Of a stretch of 64,000 nt of DNA, positions 12,820-21,798 are shown one piece after another. Under the pieces are notes generated by a model. It did not search any database and was not told the origin of the DNA. It worked only from the letters and a program-made list of their open reading frames with translations. Origin of the DNA: Candidatus Latescibacterota bacterium (GTDB lineage Bacteria; Latescibacterota; UBA2968; UBA8231); contig OZ241889.1 in NCBI GenBank assembly GCA_965203355.1, forward strand, positions 2,848,001 through 2,912,000. The letters run 5' to 3'. Positions within the stretch are counted from its first letter, which is position 1, and every line of letters begins with the position of its first letter. Both the position numbers and the translations under genes were made by a program.

Positions 12820-13101
12820 TCAGTGTACTTCCATTTGGTAGTCGAGGATATGCACCCGGGGATCGCTTTCGACGAAGTTGACGATTTTAGTCAGCATCTC
12901 ATCGCAGTGTTCAACGGCCGAACTCACCACGGCAATCCCCAACACCGCCCGCTGCCAAAGCGCGTGGTCATCTACTTCGGCCACAGCCGCGTTAAAGCGG
13001 TTGCGGATGCGCCCTTTGAGGCTATTGAGGACTTGCCGTTTGTCTTTGAGCGAATGGCTATCGCCGATATAGATTTGCACTGCACAGCTCATAACGATCA
13101 A
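12820..13101 (-). CDS. DUF503 (YlxP) family protein
   Basis: SLKDKRQVLNSLKGRIRNRFNAAVAEVDDHALWQRA; conserved position between infB and rbfA. Confidence 0.9.
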   Translation of the reverse strand: MIVMSCAVQIYIGDSHSLKDKRQVLNSLKGRIRNRFNAAVAEVDDHALWQRAVLGIAVVSSAVEHCDEMLTKIVNFVESDPRVHILDYQMEVH

Positions 13102-13121
13102 AACAACTCAACCGCTCACCC

Positions 13122-15482
13122 CTACAGCGTCCGCGCGGTCTCGACCACAACCAAGGATTCAACGATGTCGCCTTCTGCGATGTCGTCAAATCCCGAGAAT
13201 CCCATGCCGCACTCGAATCCCTCAGCGACCTCGCGCACATCGTCCTTGAATCGCCGCAGCGAAGTAAGCTCGCCGGTAAAAACGACTTGATCATCGCGCA
13301 AAATCCGCACCTGATTACTACGGGCAATGGTGCCATTTTGCACCAAACAACCGCCAATCGTCCCCATGCGGGACGAGCTAAAGATCGCGCGGATTTCGGC
13401 CCGGCCCACTACCTGTTCTTCGGTCGTTGGGGCCAAAAGGCCAGCCAAGGCCCCGCGCACATCCTCAATGACCTCGTAAATGATGCGGTAGTTGCGAATT
13501 TCCACGCCTTCCTGCACGGCGAGGTCGCGGGCCGAAGGTTGGGTGCTTACGTGGAAGCCGAGCAAAATGGCGCTAGAAGCCGCGGCCAAGAGCACATCCG
13601 ATTCCGAGATGGAGCCCACTGCGCTGTGAATGACGTTGACCCGCACTTCCTCGTGGGTTATGCGGCCCAACTCTTCGGCAATAGCCTCGACCGACCCATC
13701 GACATCGCCTTTGACCACCACCCGCAATTCTTGGATGTGGCCTTGCTGGATCTGATCGTGTAAGTCGCTGAGCGTGACCGTGCGCAGCTTGCCGTGATCC
13801 TGCTCGCGCTTGACGAGCTGCCGCCGCTGGCTGAGGTCCTTGGCCTCGCGCTCGGAATTGGCAACGGCAAAAGTATCTCCGGCTTGCGGCACCCCAGGCA
13901 ACCCGAGCACTTGGACGGGCACCGAGGGTTTTGCCTCTTCGACGCGCTGGCCATGCTCGTCGAGCAGGGCGCGGACCTTGCCGCTGTGTACGCCGGTAAT
14001 AAAAGGCTCGCCGACGCTCAGCGTTCCCTCTTGGACCAAAACGGTAGCCACCGGCCCCCGCCCCTTGTCAAGATGGGCTTCGACAATAGTCCCACGCGCT
14101 TTTTTACGGGGATTAGCCTGCAACTCAAGCAACTCGGCTACAATGAGGAGCACTTCCAGCAAGTGGTCTATGCCCTGCCCGATCTTAGCAGAGATTTCGG
14201 CACAGGGAATCTGCCCTCCCCATTCCTCGATTAAAACCCCTCTTTCTGACAACTCCCGTTTGATCTTGTCTGGATCGGCCGTAGGTAAGTCTATTTTGTT
14301 AATCGCGACGACTAAGGGAACCTGCGCGGCCTTAGCGTGGTCGATCGCTTCAATGGTCTGCGGCATGACGCCGTCGTCAGCCGCCACGACTAAAACAACA
14401 ATGTCAGTTACTCTTGAACCGCGTGCCCGCATCGCCGTAAAGGCCGCGTGTCCTGGCGTGTCGAGAAACGTCACGCCGCGACCGTCTTCCATGTTGATCA
14501 CATACGCGCCGATGTGCTGGGTAATGCCGCCAGACTCCCCTTCAACCACCTTGCTTTCGCGCAAGTAGTCGAGCAACGAGGTTTTGCCGTGATCGACGTG
14601 GCCCATGACGGTAACGACCGGCGGACGCGGCTCGGGTTCGCCGAGTTCTTCCTCCTCGACAATCTCATCCAACTCGGCTTCTTCGGCCTCCAGCGGAACC
14701 ACTTCCGATCCAAACTCATCGGCCAGCGTCTGCATGGTGTCCATATCGAGGCGTTGATTGATCGTCGCCATGGTACCCAACTGCAAACACAGCGCGATCA
14801 CTTCACTGACCTTGACGCCGAGTTGTTCGGCAAATTCGCCGAGCGTGACAAACTCGCGAATCTTGATCTGGCGAAGCTCACCGCTTTCCTCGGCACCGTC
14901 TTCGCGCGGGCCGCGCTCGTAGCGTCGGCGCAGCCGCCCTTCGTTAAGCTGACTCAAGGTCCGCCGCACACTTTCTTGGACTTCCCTAGCATCGGGTGCC
15001 CCTTTGCGGCGCTTCCCGCGGCGGCGCCTTGTCGACGACCCGGGCAAATTGGCCTGGGCGGTTACTTCTCGCTTCTCGCCCAAGCCCTCGCGGACGCTTT
15101 CTAAACTATCCTGCCCCTTGCCACGACGACGACCGCGGCGGCGCCCCCCTCCTTCGGCCTTGTCGGGCAGCGGTACGGCACGCTTGCCGGCCTGCTCTTC
15201 AACGCGCTGCTTACTAGTGGTCGCCCCTCTTTCGCGGCGACGCTCGGACCGCACATTACCGGCCTGTTTGCGCCGGTCCTCTTTGGCCTTTTGCCGCTTT
15301 ACTTCCTCTATCGAGCTTTTCTTTTCTTCAGCCAGCTTGCGCTCGATGGCCTCCAGCATCTCGGGCGTAAGTACGCTCATATGGCTTTTGACTTCCATAT
15401 CCATGCCTTTGAGCATGGATATGAGCGCATCACTGGACAGTTTCTGTTCTTTGGCTACTTGATAAACCCGGCGTTTTTCCAA
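13122..15482 (-). CDS. infB: Translation initiation factor IF-2
   Basis: RPPVVTVMGHVDHGKTSLLD, GGITQHIGAY, DTPGHAAF, NKID. Confidence 0.98.
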   Translation of the reverse strand: MEKRRVYQVAKEQKLSSDALISMLKGMDMEVKSHMSVLTPEMLEAIERKLAEEKKSSIEEVKRQKAKEDRRKQAGNVRSERRRERGATTSKQRVEEQAGKRAVPLPDKAEGGGRRRGRRRGKGQDSLESVREGLGEKREVTAQANLPGSSTRRRRGKRRKGAPDAREVQESVRRTLSQLNEGRLRRRYERGPREDGAEESGELRQIKIREFVTLGEFAEQLGVKVSEVIALCLQLGTMATINQRLDMDTMQTLADEFGSEVVPLEAEEAELDEIVEEEELGEPEPRPPVVTVMGHVDHGKTSLLDYLRESKVVEGESGGITQHIGAYVINMEDGRGVTFLDTPGHAAFTAMRARGSRVTDIVVLVVAADDGVMPQTIEAIDHAKAAQVPLVVAINKIDLPTADPDKIKRELSERGVLIEEWGGQIPCAEISAKIGQGIDHLLEVLLIVAELLELQANPRKKARGTIVEAHLDKGRGPVATVLVQEGTLSVGEPFITGVHSGKVRALLDEHGQRVEEAKPSVPVQVLGLPGVPQAGDTFAVANSEREAKDLSQRRQLVKREQDHGKLRTVTLSDLHDQIQQGHIQELRVVVKGDVDGSVEAIAEELGRITHEEVRVNVIHSAVGSISESDVLLAAASSAILLGFHVSTQPSARDLAVQEGVEIRNYRIIYEVIEDVRGALAGLLAPTTEEQVVGRAEIRAIFSSSRMGTIGGCLVQNGTIARSNQVRILRDDQVVFTGELTSLRRFKDDVREVAEGFECGMGFSGFDDIAEGDIVESLVVVETARTL

Positions 15483-15496
15483 AACTATTCCCTCAG

Positions 15497-16840
15497 CTAC
15501 TCAGCCCTTTGATCGGACTCGTCTTCTCCGCTCTCTTGCTCAACTTCTGCCTCCTCAGCAGCGATCAAGGCTTCGATATCGACCTCACCATGTTCGGCAA
15601 GGTACGCGGCCGCGGCGACCTTTACTCCTTGGGCGGTTTCGGCCAGTTCTAGGCCCGGCACGGTCTGCAACAGCGCTGTATCGGCCTCGGTAATCGCAGT
15701 TATGGAGTCGAAACCGGACGTGGTCAAACTCAGGGCAATCAATTCGCTAATGCCATCTATCTGGCGGAACACTTGCTGGTACTTCTCCTGCTTGGCGCGG
15801 CGCTCTTGGTATTGTTCGTCGGTGATGATATCGAGCCCCCAACCCGTCAGTTGGCTGGCGAGTTTGGTGTTTTGTCCGCCTTTGCCAATGGCCAGCGATA
15901 GCTGCTCCTTTTCGACGATCACCACGGCATGCCGACGGCGCGAATCCGTGATACAGCGCACTACGGTAGCCGGACTTAAAGCGCGGCTTATGAATATATC
16001 CGACTCGTCAATCCAAGGAACTATATCAATGCGCTCGCCACTCAATTCTCGGACGATGGCTTGCACTCGAGATCCCTTCACGCCCACGCAGGCCCCCACC
16101 GGATCGACGCGTTCGTCGCTGCTACTGACCGCAATTTTGGCGCGTTCGCCTGGCTCGCGGGCCACGCCGTGAATCTCGACGATACCCTCGGCTATTTCCG
16201 GCACTTCTGTGGCAAAGAGCTTTCGGAGGAATTCGGGCCGTGCACGGGAAAGCAAAACCTGAGGCCCCCGACTCGACTTGAGCACCTCGTATATATAACC
16301 CCGCACGGCATCGCCTTGACGGTAACGCTCGCGGCGAATTTGCTCTTTGTATGGCACGGCGGCCTCGGCCCGACCCAGGTTGAGAATGATGTCGCCGTGG
16401 CTGATCTGTTGCACAATACCGGATTCGACGAGGCCAACTCGACCGATAAATTCGCCGTATATCCGCTCGCGCTCGGCTTCGCGGACCCGCTGAATGAGAA
16501 TCTGCTTTGCGGTCTGTATGGCATTGCGACCAAAGTCGGCGAAATTGAGCTGTTGGACCAACACCGAACCCAGTTGGGCATGAGGGTCGATATTGCGGGC
16601 GTCGGCGAGCAGAATCTCCGTGGATGGTTCGACTACTTCTTCGACGACAGTTTTGCGGGCGTACACGGCCATCTTGCCTTGGGCCGCGTCAATGTCAACT
16701 TCGTAGTTTTCGGTATTGCCGTAATGCCTTTTGGCGGCTGAAATCAGGGCGTCAACAAGGGTTTGTACCACCAATTCCCGATCGACGTTTTTTTCGCGGG
16801 CAATCTGCCCCAAAGCCTCAATAATGTTCGCGTTGTTCAT
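15497..16840 (-). CDS. nusA: Transcription factor NusA
   Basis: FGRNAIQTAKQ, EVPEI, DPVGACVGVKGSRV, LSLAIGKGGQN. Confidence 0.97.
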   Translation of the reverse strand: MNNANIIEALGQIAREKNVDRELVVQTLVDALISAAKRHYGNTENYEVDIDAAQGKMAVYARKTVVEEVVEPSTEILLADARNIDPHAQLGSVLVQQLNFADFGRNAIQTAKQILIQRVREAERERIYGEFIGRVGLVESGIVQQISHGDIILNLGRAEAAVPYKEQIRRERYRQGDAVRGYIYEVLKSSRGPQVLLSRARPEFLRKLFATEVPEIAEGIVEIHGVAREPGERAKIAVSSSDERVDPVGACVGVKGSRVQAIVRELSGERIDIVPWIDESDIFISRALSPATVVRCITDSRRRHAVVIVEKEQLSLAIGKGGQNTKLASQLTGWGLDIITDEQYQERRAKQEKYQQVFRQIDGISELIALSLTTSGFDSITAITEADTALLQTVPGLELAETAQGVKVAAAAYLAEHGEVDIEALIAAEEAEVEQESGEDESDQRAE

Positions 16841-16864
16841 GATTTTTTGCTCGACCTTCGCTGC

Positions 16865-17317
16865 TTACAATGCTGGTTCGATGCTGGCTTTAGCAATATC
16901 GGTACGGGCCACGATCTCGGCTGGGCTGTCGAGCTGAATCTGGTCGGCTTCCCAAGCGACCAGTCGCCCTTTGACCACGCGGCCGGACGTGAGCACGACT
17001 TTTAGCAGCCGGCCCTCGGCACGGGTAAAATCCCCATCGGTCTCTAGCGGTCGATCCAATCCGGGCGAAGTAACTTCGAGCCGATACCGTCCGGCAATAG
17101 GATCCTCTATGTCGAAAAAATCGGCCACTTCGCGACTGATTGACTCGCAGATGGCCAGCGTTATGCCGCAATTTTTGTGAACCAATAATCTGACTAGCTG
17201 ATTACCTCGGGCACCGCTGAGTTCAATATCAACGAGTTCGGCCTCGTGATCGCGGACAATAGGTTCGACAAGCGCTACTAGCGTGGCCTTTAATGCGAGT
17301 TTATCTACGGCGGAAAT
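16865..17317 (-). CDS. rimP: Ribosome maturation factor RimP (probable ATT start)
   Basis: YRLEVTSPGLDRPL; frame open upstream of the TTG call (LVEPIVRDHEAELVDIEL); AGGGGG lies 9 nt before ATT at 17317, giving 150 aa. Confidence 0.9.
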   Translation of the reverse strand: MSAVDKLALKATLVALVEPIVRDHEAELVDIELSGARGNQLVRLLVHKNCGITLAICESISREVADFFDIEDPIAGRYRLEVTSPGLDRPLETDGDFTRAEGRLLKVVLTSGRVVKGRLVAWEADQIQLDSPAEIVARTDIAKASIEPAL

Positions 17318-17332
17318 ACGCGCTTTCCCCCT

Positions 17333-17368
17333 AAAATAAAAAAACGGGCTATGCTATGACGCCCGCCC
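17333..17368 (-). promoter_or_regulatory. rimP-leader-like hairpin with U tract
   Basis: Minus strand CGGGC-GTCATAGCATA-GCCCG-TTTTTTTATTTT immediately before the rimP RBS. Confidence 0.65.
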
Positions 17369-17441
17369 AATTGGGATTATAAGATATAGGATTGTATTGA
17401 TTTAGGCAAGACAACTTAACAGCCATAGCCAAAGGCCAATG

Positions 17442-17900
17442 CTAGAGGAAACGCAAAATCTCGCGCAGTTCTTTTTTAGTCTCTTCAATCATGCTGAATG
17501 CGGCCTCCTGGTCCTGTGCGGGTTCGGGATCGGGTCGCTTCACTACTAAATCAGGACGGCTCCGTTGTTCAGCGAGCAAATCAGATACTTGCTCGCCAAC
17601 TTGACGCAGAAGTTCGGGTTCGTCTTTGAGTTTCTTCTTTACGCCTTGCGTCGTATAGCATTCCTCGTAGAGTAAGCGTTTGATCAATAGGATGATCCCT
17701 ATATCGCGCTCCCTATAAGCTCTGTTTTTGCCGCCGCGCGAACGCCGCGGTCGCAAACACGCAAATTCCTTCTCCCACGCCCTAAGTGTATAAGGTTGCA
17801 ACTGCGTGAGTTCGGCGACTTCACTGATGCTGTAATATAGCTTTTTTTGCCGTGGATTTTTCACGACCGCACTTCCCTGTATCCTTTGCGATGACGCCAC
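17442..17900 (-). CDS. MerR-family transcriptional regulator
   Basis: KLYYSISEVAELTQLQPYTLRAWEKEF...LRPRR...RAYRERDI; start uncertain (overlaps der). Confidence 0.85.
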   Translation of the reverse strand: MASSQRIQGSAVVKNPRQKKLYYSISEVAELTQLQPYTLRAWEKEFACLRPRRSRGGKNRAYRERDIGIILLIKRLLYEECYTTQGVKKKLKDEPELLRQVGEQVSDLLAEQRSRPDLVVKRPDPEPAQDQEAAFSMIEETKKELREILRFL

Positions 17901-19216
17901 GCGATGCGCAAGGGGGTTCCCTCGAAATCAAACTCCGATCTCAGTCGGTTTTCGATGTGGCGTCGATAATTTCCCGGCACGGAGCGGGGCAGATTCGTAA
18001 AGATCGTAAACGCCGGAGGGTTAATCGCGTGTTGGGTGGCGTAGAGCAGGCGGATGTCGCGGCCTTCTTGTGTTGCTAGGTACTCGCCGGATAGCTGCTG
18101 AATGATCTTGTTCAAGTGCGCGGTGGGAATCCGCGTCCGACGCTTGTCGCCCACCGCGGCCACTGCTTCGAGGCACTTGTGGACCCGCCGCCCGGTCAAG
18201 CCCGATATGCACAGCACTGGATAGTTGCGCAAAAAAGGATAGCGCCCGCGCAATTCGCCGCGATACTCATCCACAGTGCCCGCGGCCACTAAATCCCATT
18301 TATTGATCGCCACCACCAAGCCACAGCCTGATTTTATTATTTGCTCCATGATGCGGACATCCTGCATGACCCACCCCTCGGCCCCGTCTATGAGCACAAC
18401 CGCCACATCGGCTCGCTCGATGCTATGGGCCGCCCGGCGCGTACTGTAGAATTCCACCGAATCATCGACCTTAGATCGCCGCCGCAAACCGGCCGTATCC
18501 ACGAACTGCAAGTGGCTACCCTGCCAAGTCAAGCGAAATTGAGTCGGGTCGCGGGTCGTGCCAGGACGATCGTGGACGATGGAAACCTGATAACCGGCGA
18601 GGCGGTTAATAAGCGTGGATTTGCCCACGTTGGGACGCCCGACCAAAGCGACCCGAATCGCGGCCTCGTTCCATTCCGCCCCATACGCCTCGGCCCCGTC
18701 AAAGAGCGCAATGAGCGCATCAAGCAAGTCCCCAGAACGCCGCCCGGTCACGGCTGAAACGGGGAGGGGATCCCCCAAGCCGAGCCGATAGAATTCGTCG
18801 AGCGGCGCGACTGGCCCCGCCCCATCCACCTTGTTGACGGCCAGCAAGCACTTCCCGCCCCCACGGCGCAGCATGGCCCCCACCTCTTGGTCGAGGTCGG
18901 TCAAACCCGTGGTCCCATCGCAAAGAAAAATAGCTATGTCCGCTTCTGCCAAGGCGTTTGCCGCTTGGGAGCGCACCGCCGAGGATAGCGCGTCTTTGGC
19001 ATGGGGCATGTAGCCCCCTGTATCGACCAAAGTGAAGGAGTGCCCTCCCCACTCAGCCTCGGCAAATATCTGATCGCGTGTGACCCCGGGCTGGCCATCG
19101 GTTATGGCCCATCGGGTCCCCAAGATGCGGTTGAAGAGGGTCGATTTGCCCACATTGGGACGCCCGACAATCGCCACGATGGGGCGGCGATGGCTTTCGA
19201 CGGTTTGGGTGTTCAT
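17861..19216 (-). CDS. der: Ribosome biogenesis GTPase Der (EngA)
   Basis: Two GRPNVGKSTL P-loops, DTGG/DTAG, NKVD/NKWD, C-terminal FDFEGTPL. Confidence 0.96.
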   Translation of the reverse strand: MNTQTVESHRRPIVAIVGRPNVGKSTLFNRILGTRWAITDGQPGVTRDQIFAEAEWGGHSFTLVDTGGYMPHAKDALSSAVRSQAANALAEADIAIFLCDGTTGLTDLDQEVGAMLRRGGGKCLLAVNKVDGAGPVAPLDEFYRLGLGDPLPVSAVTGRRSGDLLDALIALFDGAEAYGAEWNEAAIRVALVGRPNVGKSTLINRLAGYQVSIVHDRPGTTRDPTQFRLTWQGSHLQFVDTAGLRRRSKVDDSVEFYSTRRAAHSIERADVAVVLIDGAEGWVMQDVRIMEQIIKSGCGLVVAINKWDLVAAGTVDEYRGELRGRYPFLRNYPVLCISGLTGRRVHKCLEAVAAVGDKRRTRIPTAHLNKIIQQLSGEYLATQEGRDIRLLYATQHAINPPAFTIFTNLPRSVPGNYRRHIENRLRSEFDFEGTPLRIAWRHRKGYREVRS

Positions 19217-20571
19217 TTTTCGCGCCCTATGTAGTACCCCAACTCAGTTAGCTGCCGCCCTTCCCCTTGCACTTTTACGCCTTGGTCGGCCCAAACGCGC
19301 TCGAGCGATTCGACCAAGTCGTACCCCCCTACCGCCAGGGGGACCCCAGCCTCTTCGGCCAGTTGCGGCACGGTCATGTCGTCCAGGGTCAAACCCTCGC
19401 CATTGATGCAATTGGGCGGCAGGAGGACTAAATCCCGCTGGATTCCATCGCGCACTCTTGCCGCCATATCGCAGCCGGTCAGCAGGCCCGACACGGTGAT
19501 ACCGCGCCCGAAAAAGTCGTTATCTACCGGCAGGAGATCGACTTGGACGTTCTCAATGGCATTCAGCCTATTGACTAGGGGGACGAGGATGCGCTCGGCC
19601 AATCGGCCGGTCAGCAGGCCAATCCGCATGGCCTTGGCCGTGTGCGCAGGCAACCGCTTGCTGGCCTCGTCCCAAGTGTCGAGGAAGGAGCGGACCATAC
19701 CGATGCCGTTTTCTAGCTGGGGAAACGCATCGTAATACGCCGCCGCTGGCAGGGGCCGGCCCGTCAGCAGAAAAATTTCGTCAGCCACATAGACGAAGCG
19801 CTCGCCAAAGTGCGCTTTAAATTGCAAGCCCCATGTTTTGGCGGCGGCCGCGTACTCCGCGGCCTTGGCCGGGGTCACCGGATCGAGTTGGACGAGCTTG
19901 TGCCGATGATCGGTCAGCCCCACTGGCACCAGTGCCACGGAGCGCACGGCGGGATAGTACGCAGACAGATCGGCCACTGTGCGTTCCAGATGCGGCCCAT
20001 CGTTCCAGCCTGGGCAGAGCACAACTTGGGTGTGCATTTCAATGCCGTTATCAGCTAGCTTGCGCAAGCGCTCGTTTATATCGACGGTCGCTTTTGTGCG
20101 CCCGAGCATGACTTGCCTCAGTTCGGGATCGGTGGCGTGGACTGAGATGTATTGCGGCGTTAGCCCTTGTTCAATGATGCGGTCTATATCGCTTTCGCGG
20201 ACGTTGGTCAGGGTTACGTACGAGCCGTGGAGAAAGGAGAGCCGAAAATCGTCATCTTCAAAATACAAGCTGCGCCGCATGCCCTTGGGCATTTGATGGA
20301 TAAAGCAAAAGACGCATTTGTTGTTGCAACGGCGCAAGCGCATATCCTCGAAGACCAGCCCTAAGGACTCGCCGCGCTGGCGCTCAATTTCGGCCTCGTA
20401 TCGTTCTTTGTCGCGCTCGATCTCTAGGCAGATTACCGCTTCGGCACTATGGACCTGCACGTCAATCAAATCGCGCACCGCTTCGCCATTGATGCGCAAA
20501 ATGCGATCGCCGATGCAAAATCCCGCGCGGGCGCCGAGGCTATTGGGCTCAATTTGTTTTACGACAACCAT
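19213..20571 (-). CDS. PDZ plus radical-SAM-like DUF512 protein
   Basis: N-terminal PDZ, CNNKCVFC, DDDFRLSFLHGSYVTLTN, PQLENGIG, ITVSGLLTG. Confidence 0.88.
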   Translation of the reverse strand: MVVVKQIEPNSLGARAGFCIGDRILRINGEAVRDLIDVQVHSAEAVICLEIERDKERYEAEIERQRGESLGLVFEDMRLRRCNNKCVFCFIHQMPKGMRRSLYFEDDDFRLSFLHGSYVTLTNVRESDIDRIIEQGLTPQYISVHATDPELRQVMLGRTKATVDINERLRKLADNGIEMHTQVVLCPGWNDGPHLERTVADLSAYYPAVRSVALVPVGLTDHRHKLVQLDPVTPAKAAEYAAAAKTWGLQFKAHFGERFVYVADEIFLLTGRPLPAAAYYDAFPQLENGIGMVRSFLDTWDEASKRLPAHTAKAMRIGLLTGRLAERILVPLVNRLNAIENVQVDLLPVDNDFFGRGITVSGLLTGCDMAARVRDGIQRDLVLLPPNCINGEGLTLDDMTVPQLAEEAGVPLAVGGYDLVESLERVWADQGVKVQGEGRQLTELGYYIGREK

Positions 20572-20679
20572 AGTGAACTAAGCAATTAATCTACGTATCG
20601 TATTGTGGGGCAAGATATTCTATCGGTATCGGTAAAGGTATATGGATATTGCGCCGACGGCAATACTTTAGAAAGAAGT

Positions 20680-20714
20680 AAAAAAATCCGCCCGACCCAG
20701 TGGGCCAGGCGGAT
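20680..20714 (-). terminator. Intrinsic terminator after tRNA-Gly
   Basis: Minus strand ATCCGCCTGGCCCACTGGGTCGGGCGGAT hairpin followed by a T run. Confidence 0.75.
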
Positions 20715-20716
20715 GA

Positions 20717-20791
20717 TGGAGCGGGAGACGGGAATCGAACCCGCGACATCAAGCTTGGGAAGCTTGCGTTCTACCCCTGAACTACTCCCGC
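20717..20791 (-). tRNA. tRNA-Gly(CCC)
   Basis: GCGGGAG acceptor stem, anticodon arm CAAGC-TTCCCAA-GCTTG, GGTTCGATTCC, encoded CCA. Confidence 0.96.
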
Positions 20792-20831
20792 TAATTTTTG
20801 TCCATAAGGTAAAGCGCGGCTCCAACCGCTG

Positions 20832-21782
20832 TCAACCCGCTCCACGGCCCCAGCGATACCTCCACTCGCCGACGATGCGCTGGACGACGCCAGCCTTTCC
20901 CCATACGTCGAGGTCTAATTCGCGCAAGCGACGATCGCGGCGGCACCACGTTATTTGTCGCTTGGCCAAGTGGCGGGTGCGCTGCTTGGTCTGCTCAATA
21001 GCTTCCTGCCAAGGGCAATGCCCGGCCAGCGCCCGGCACATTTCGAAATAGCCCAAAGTCCCCAAGGCACTTTCGCTTGGATCGTATCCCATTTCGCGCA
21101 AGGAGCGGACTTCCTCGACCCATCCCTGCTCGACCATCTGATCAACCCGCTGGTCAATTCGCTCGTAGAGCCGGCGGCGCACCATAGTCAGACTGATCAT
21201 TTGCGGGCGGCGCACCAGCGGCTGTCCCTGACGCTCTCGCCAGAGCTTGCTGAGCGTACCCTTACCCGTCATCACTACCTCCAACGCCCGCAGGATTCGC
21301 TGTGCGTCGCTCGGCGGCAAACGCGCTTGCGCGACTGGATCTCGACGGCCTAACTCCTCATATAGGGATGCCAGCCCCTCGCAGTGCAGGCGCTGTTGCA
21401 ATTCGGCGCGGGTCGGCGCGTATTGGGTGTCGTCCTCAAAGCATCCGTCTAACGCACTCTGCCAGTACAGGCCCGTTCCTCCCACCACAATGGGAAGGCC
21501 CTCTCGGTTCCAGACCTGCCCGATGATATGCCGTGCGGCGCGCGCGTACGCTCCCGCGCTGTAGTCTTCCTCGGGAGCGATTACATCAAGTAAATGATGG
21601 GGGCATTGATTTTGCTGTTCAGCGGTTGGCTTGGCCGTACCGATATTCATGTAGCGGTAGATTTGCCGCGAGTCGGCCGAGATAATCTCCGCTTTGGGTA
21701 CGTGTTGAGCTACTTCGAGGGCTATTTCTGTTTTGCCGGTGGCCGTGGGTCCAGTGATTAGTATTAATGGTTTAATTAACAT
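20832..21782 (-). CDS. miaA: tRNA dimethylallyltransferase
   Basis: GPTATGKT, IISADSRQIY, IGTAKP, GGTGLY, AKRQITW. Confidence 0.96.
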   Translation of the reverse strand: MLIKPLILITGPTATGKTEIALEVAQHVPKAEIISADSRQIYRYMNIGTAKPTAEQQNQCPHHLLDVIAPEEDYSAGAYARAARHIIGQVWNREGLPIVVGGTGLYWQSALDGCFEDDTQYAPTRAELQQRLHCEGLASLYEELGRRDPVAQARLPPSDAQRILRALEVVMTGKGTLSKLWRERQGQPLVRRPQMISLTMVRRRLYERIDQRVDQMVEQGWVEEVRSLREMGYDPSESALGTLGYFEMCRALAGHCPWQEAIEQTKQRTRHLAKRQITWCRRDRRLRELDLDVWGKAGVVQRIVGEWRYRWGRGAG

Positions 21783-21798
21783 ATTACATATTATAGGA

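Noticed and set aside
9695-14568. Long antisense ORFs opposite pnp, infB and other genes
   Set aside because: Expected stop-poor shadows of GC-rich coding strands; no recognisable motifs.
20717-20791. tRNA-Gly as an island integration site
   Set aside because: Followed by its terminator and core genes; no duplicated tRNA 3' end seen.
20586-21051. ORFs spanning the tRNA-Gly region
   Set aside because: Shadows of the tRNA and miaA.
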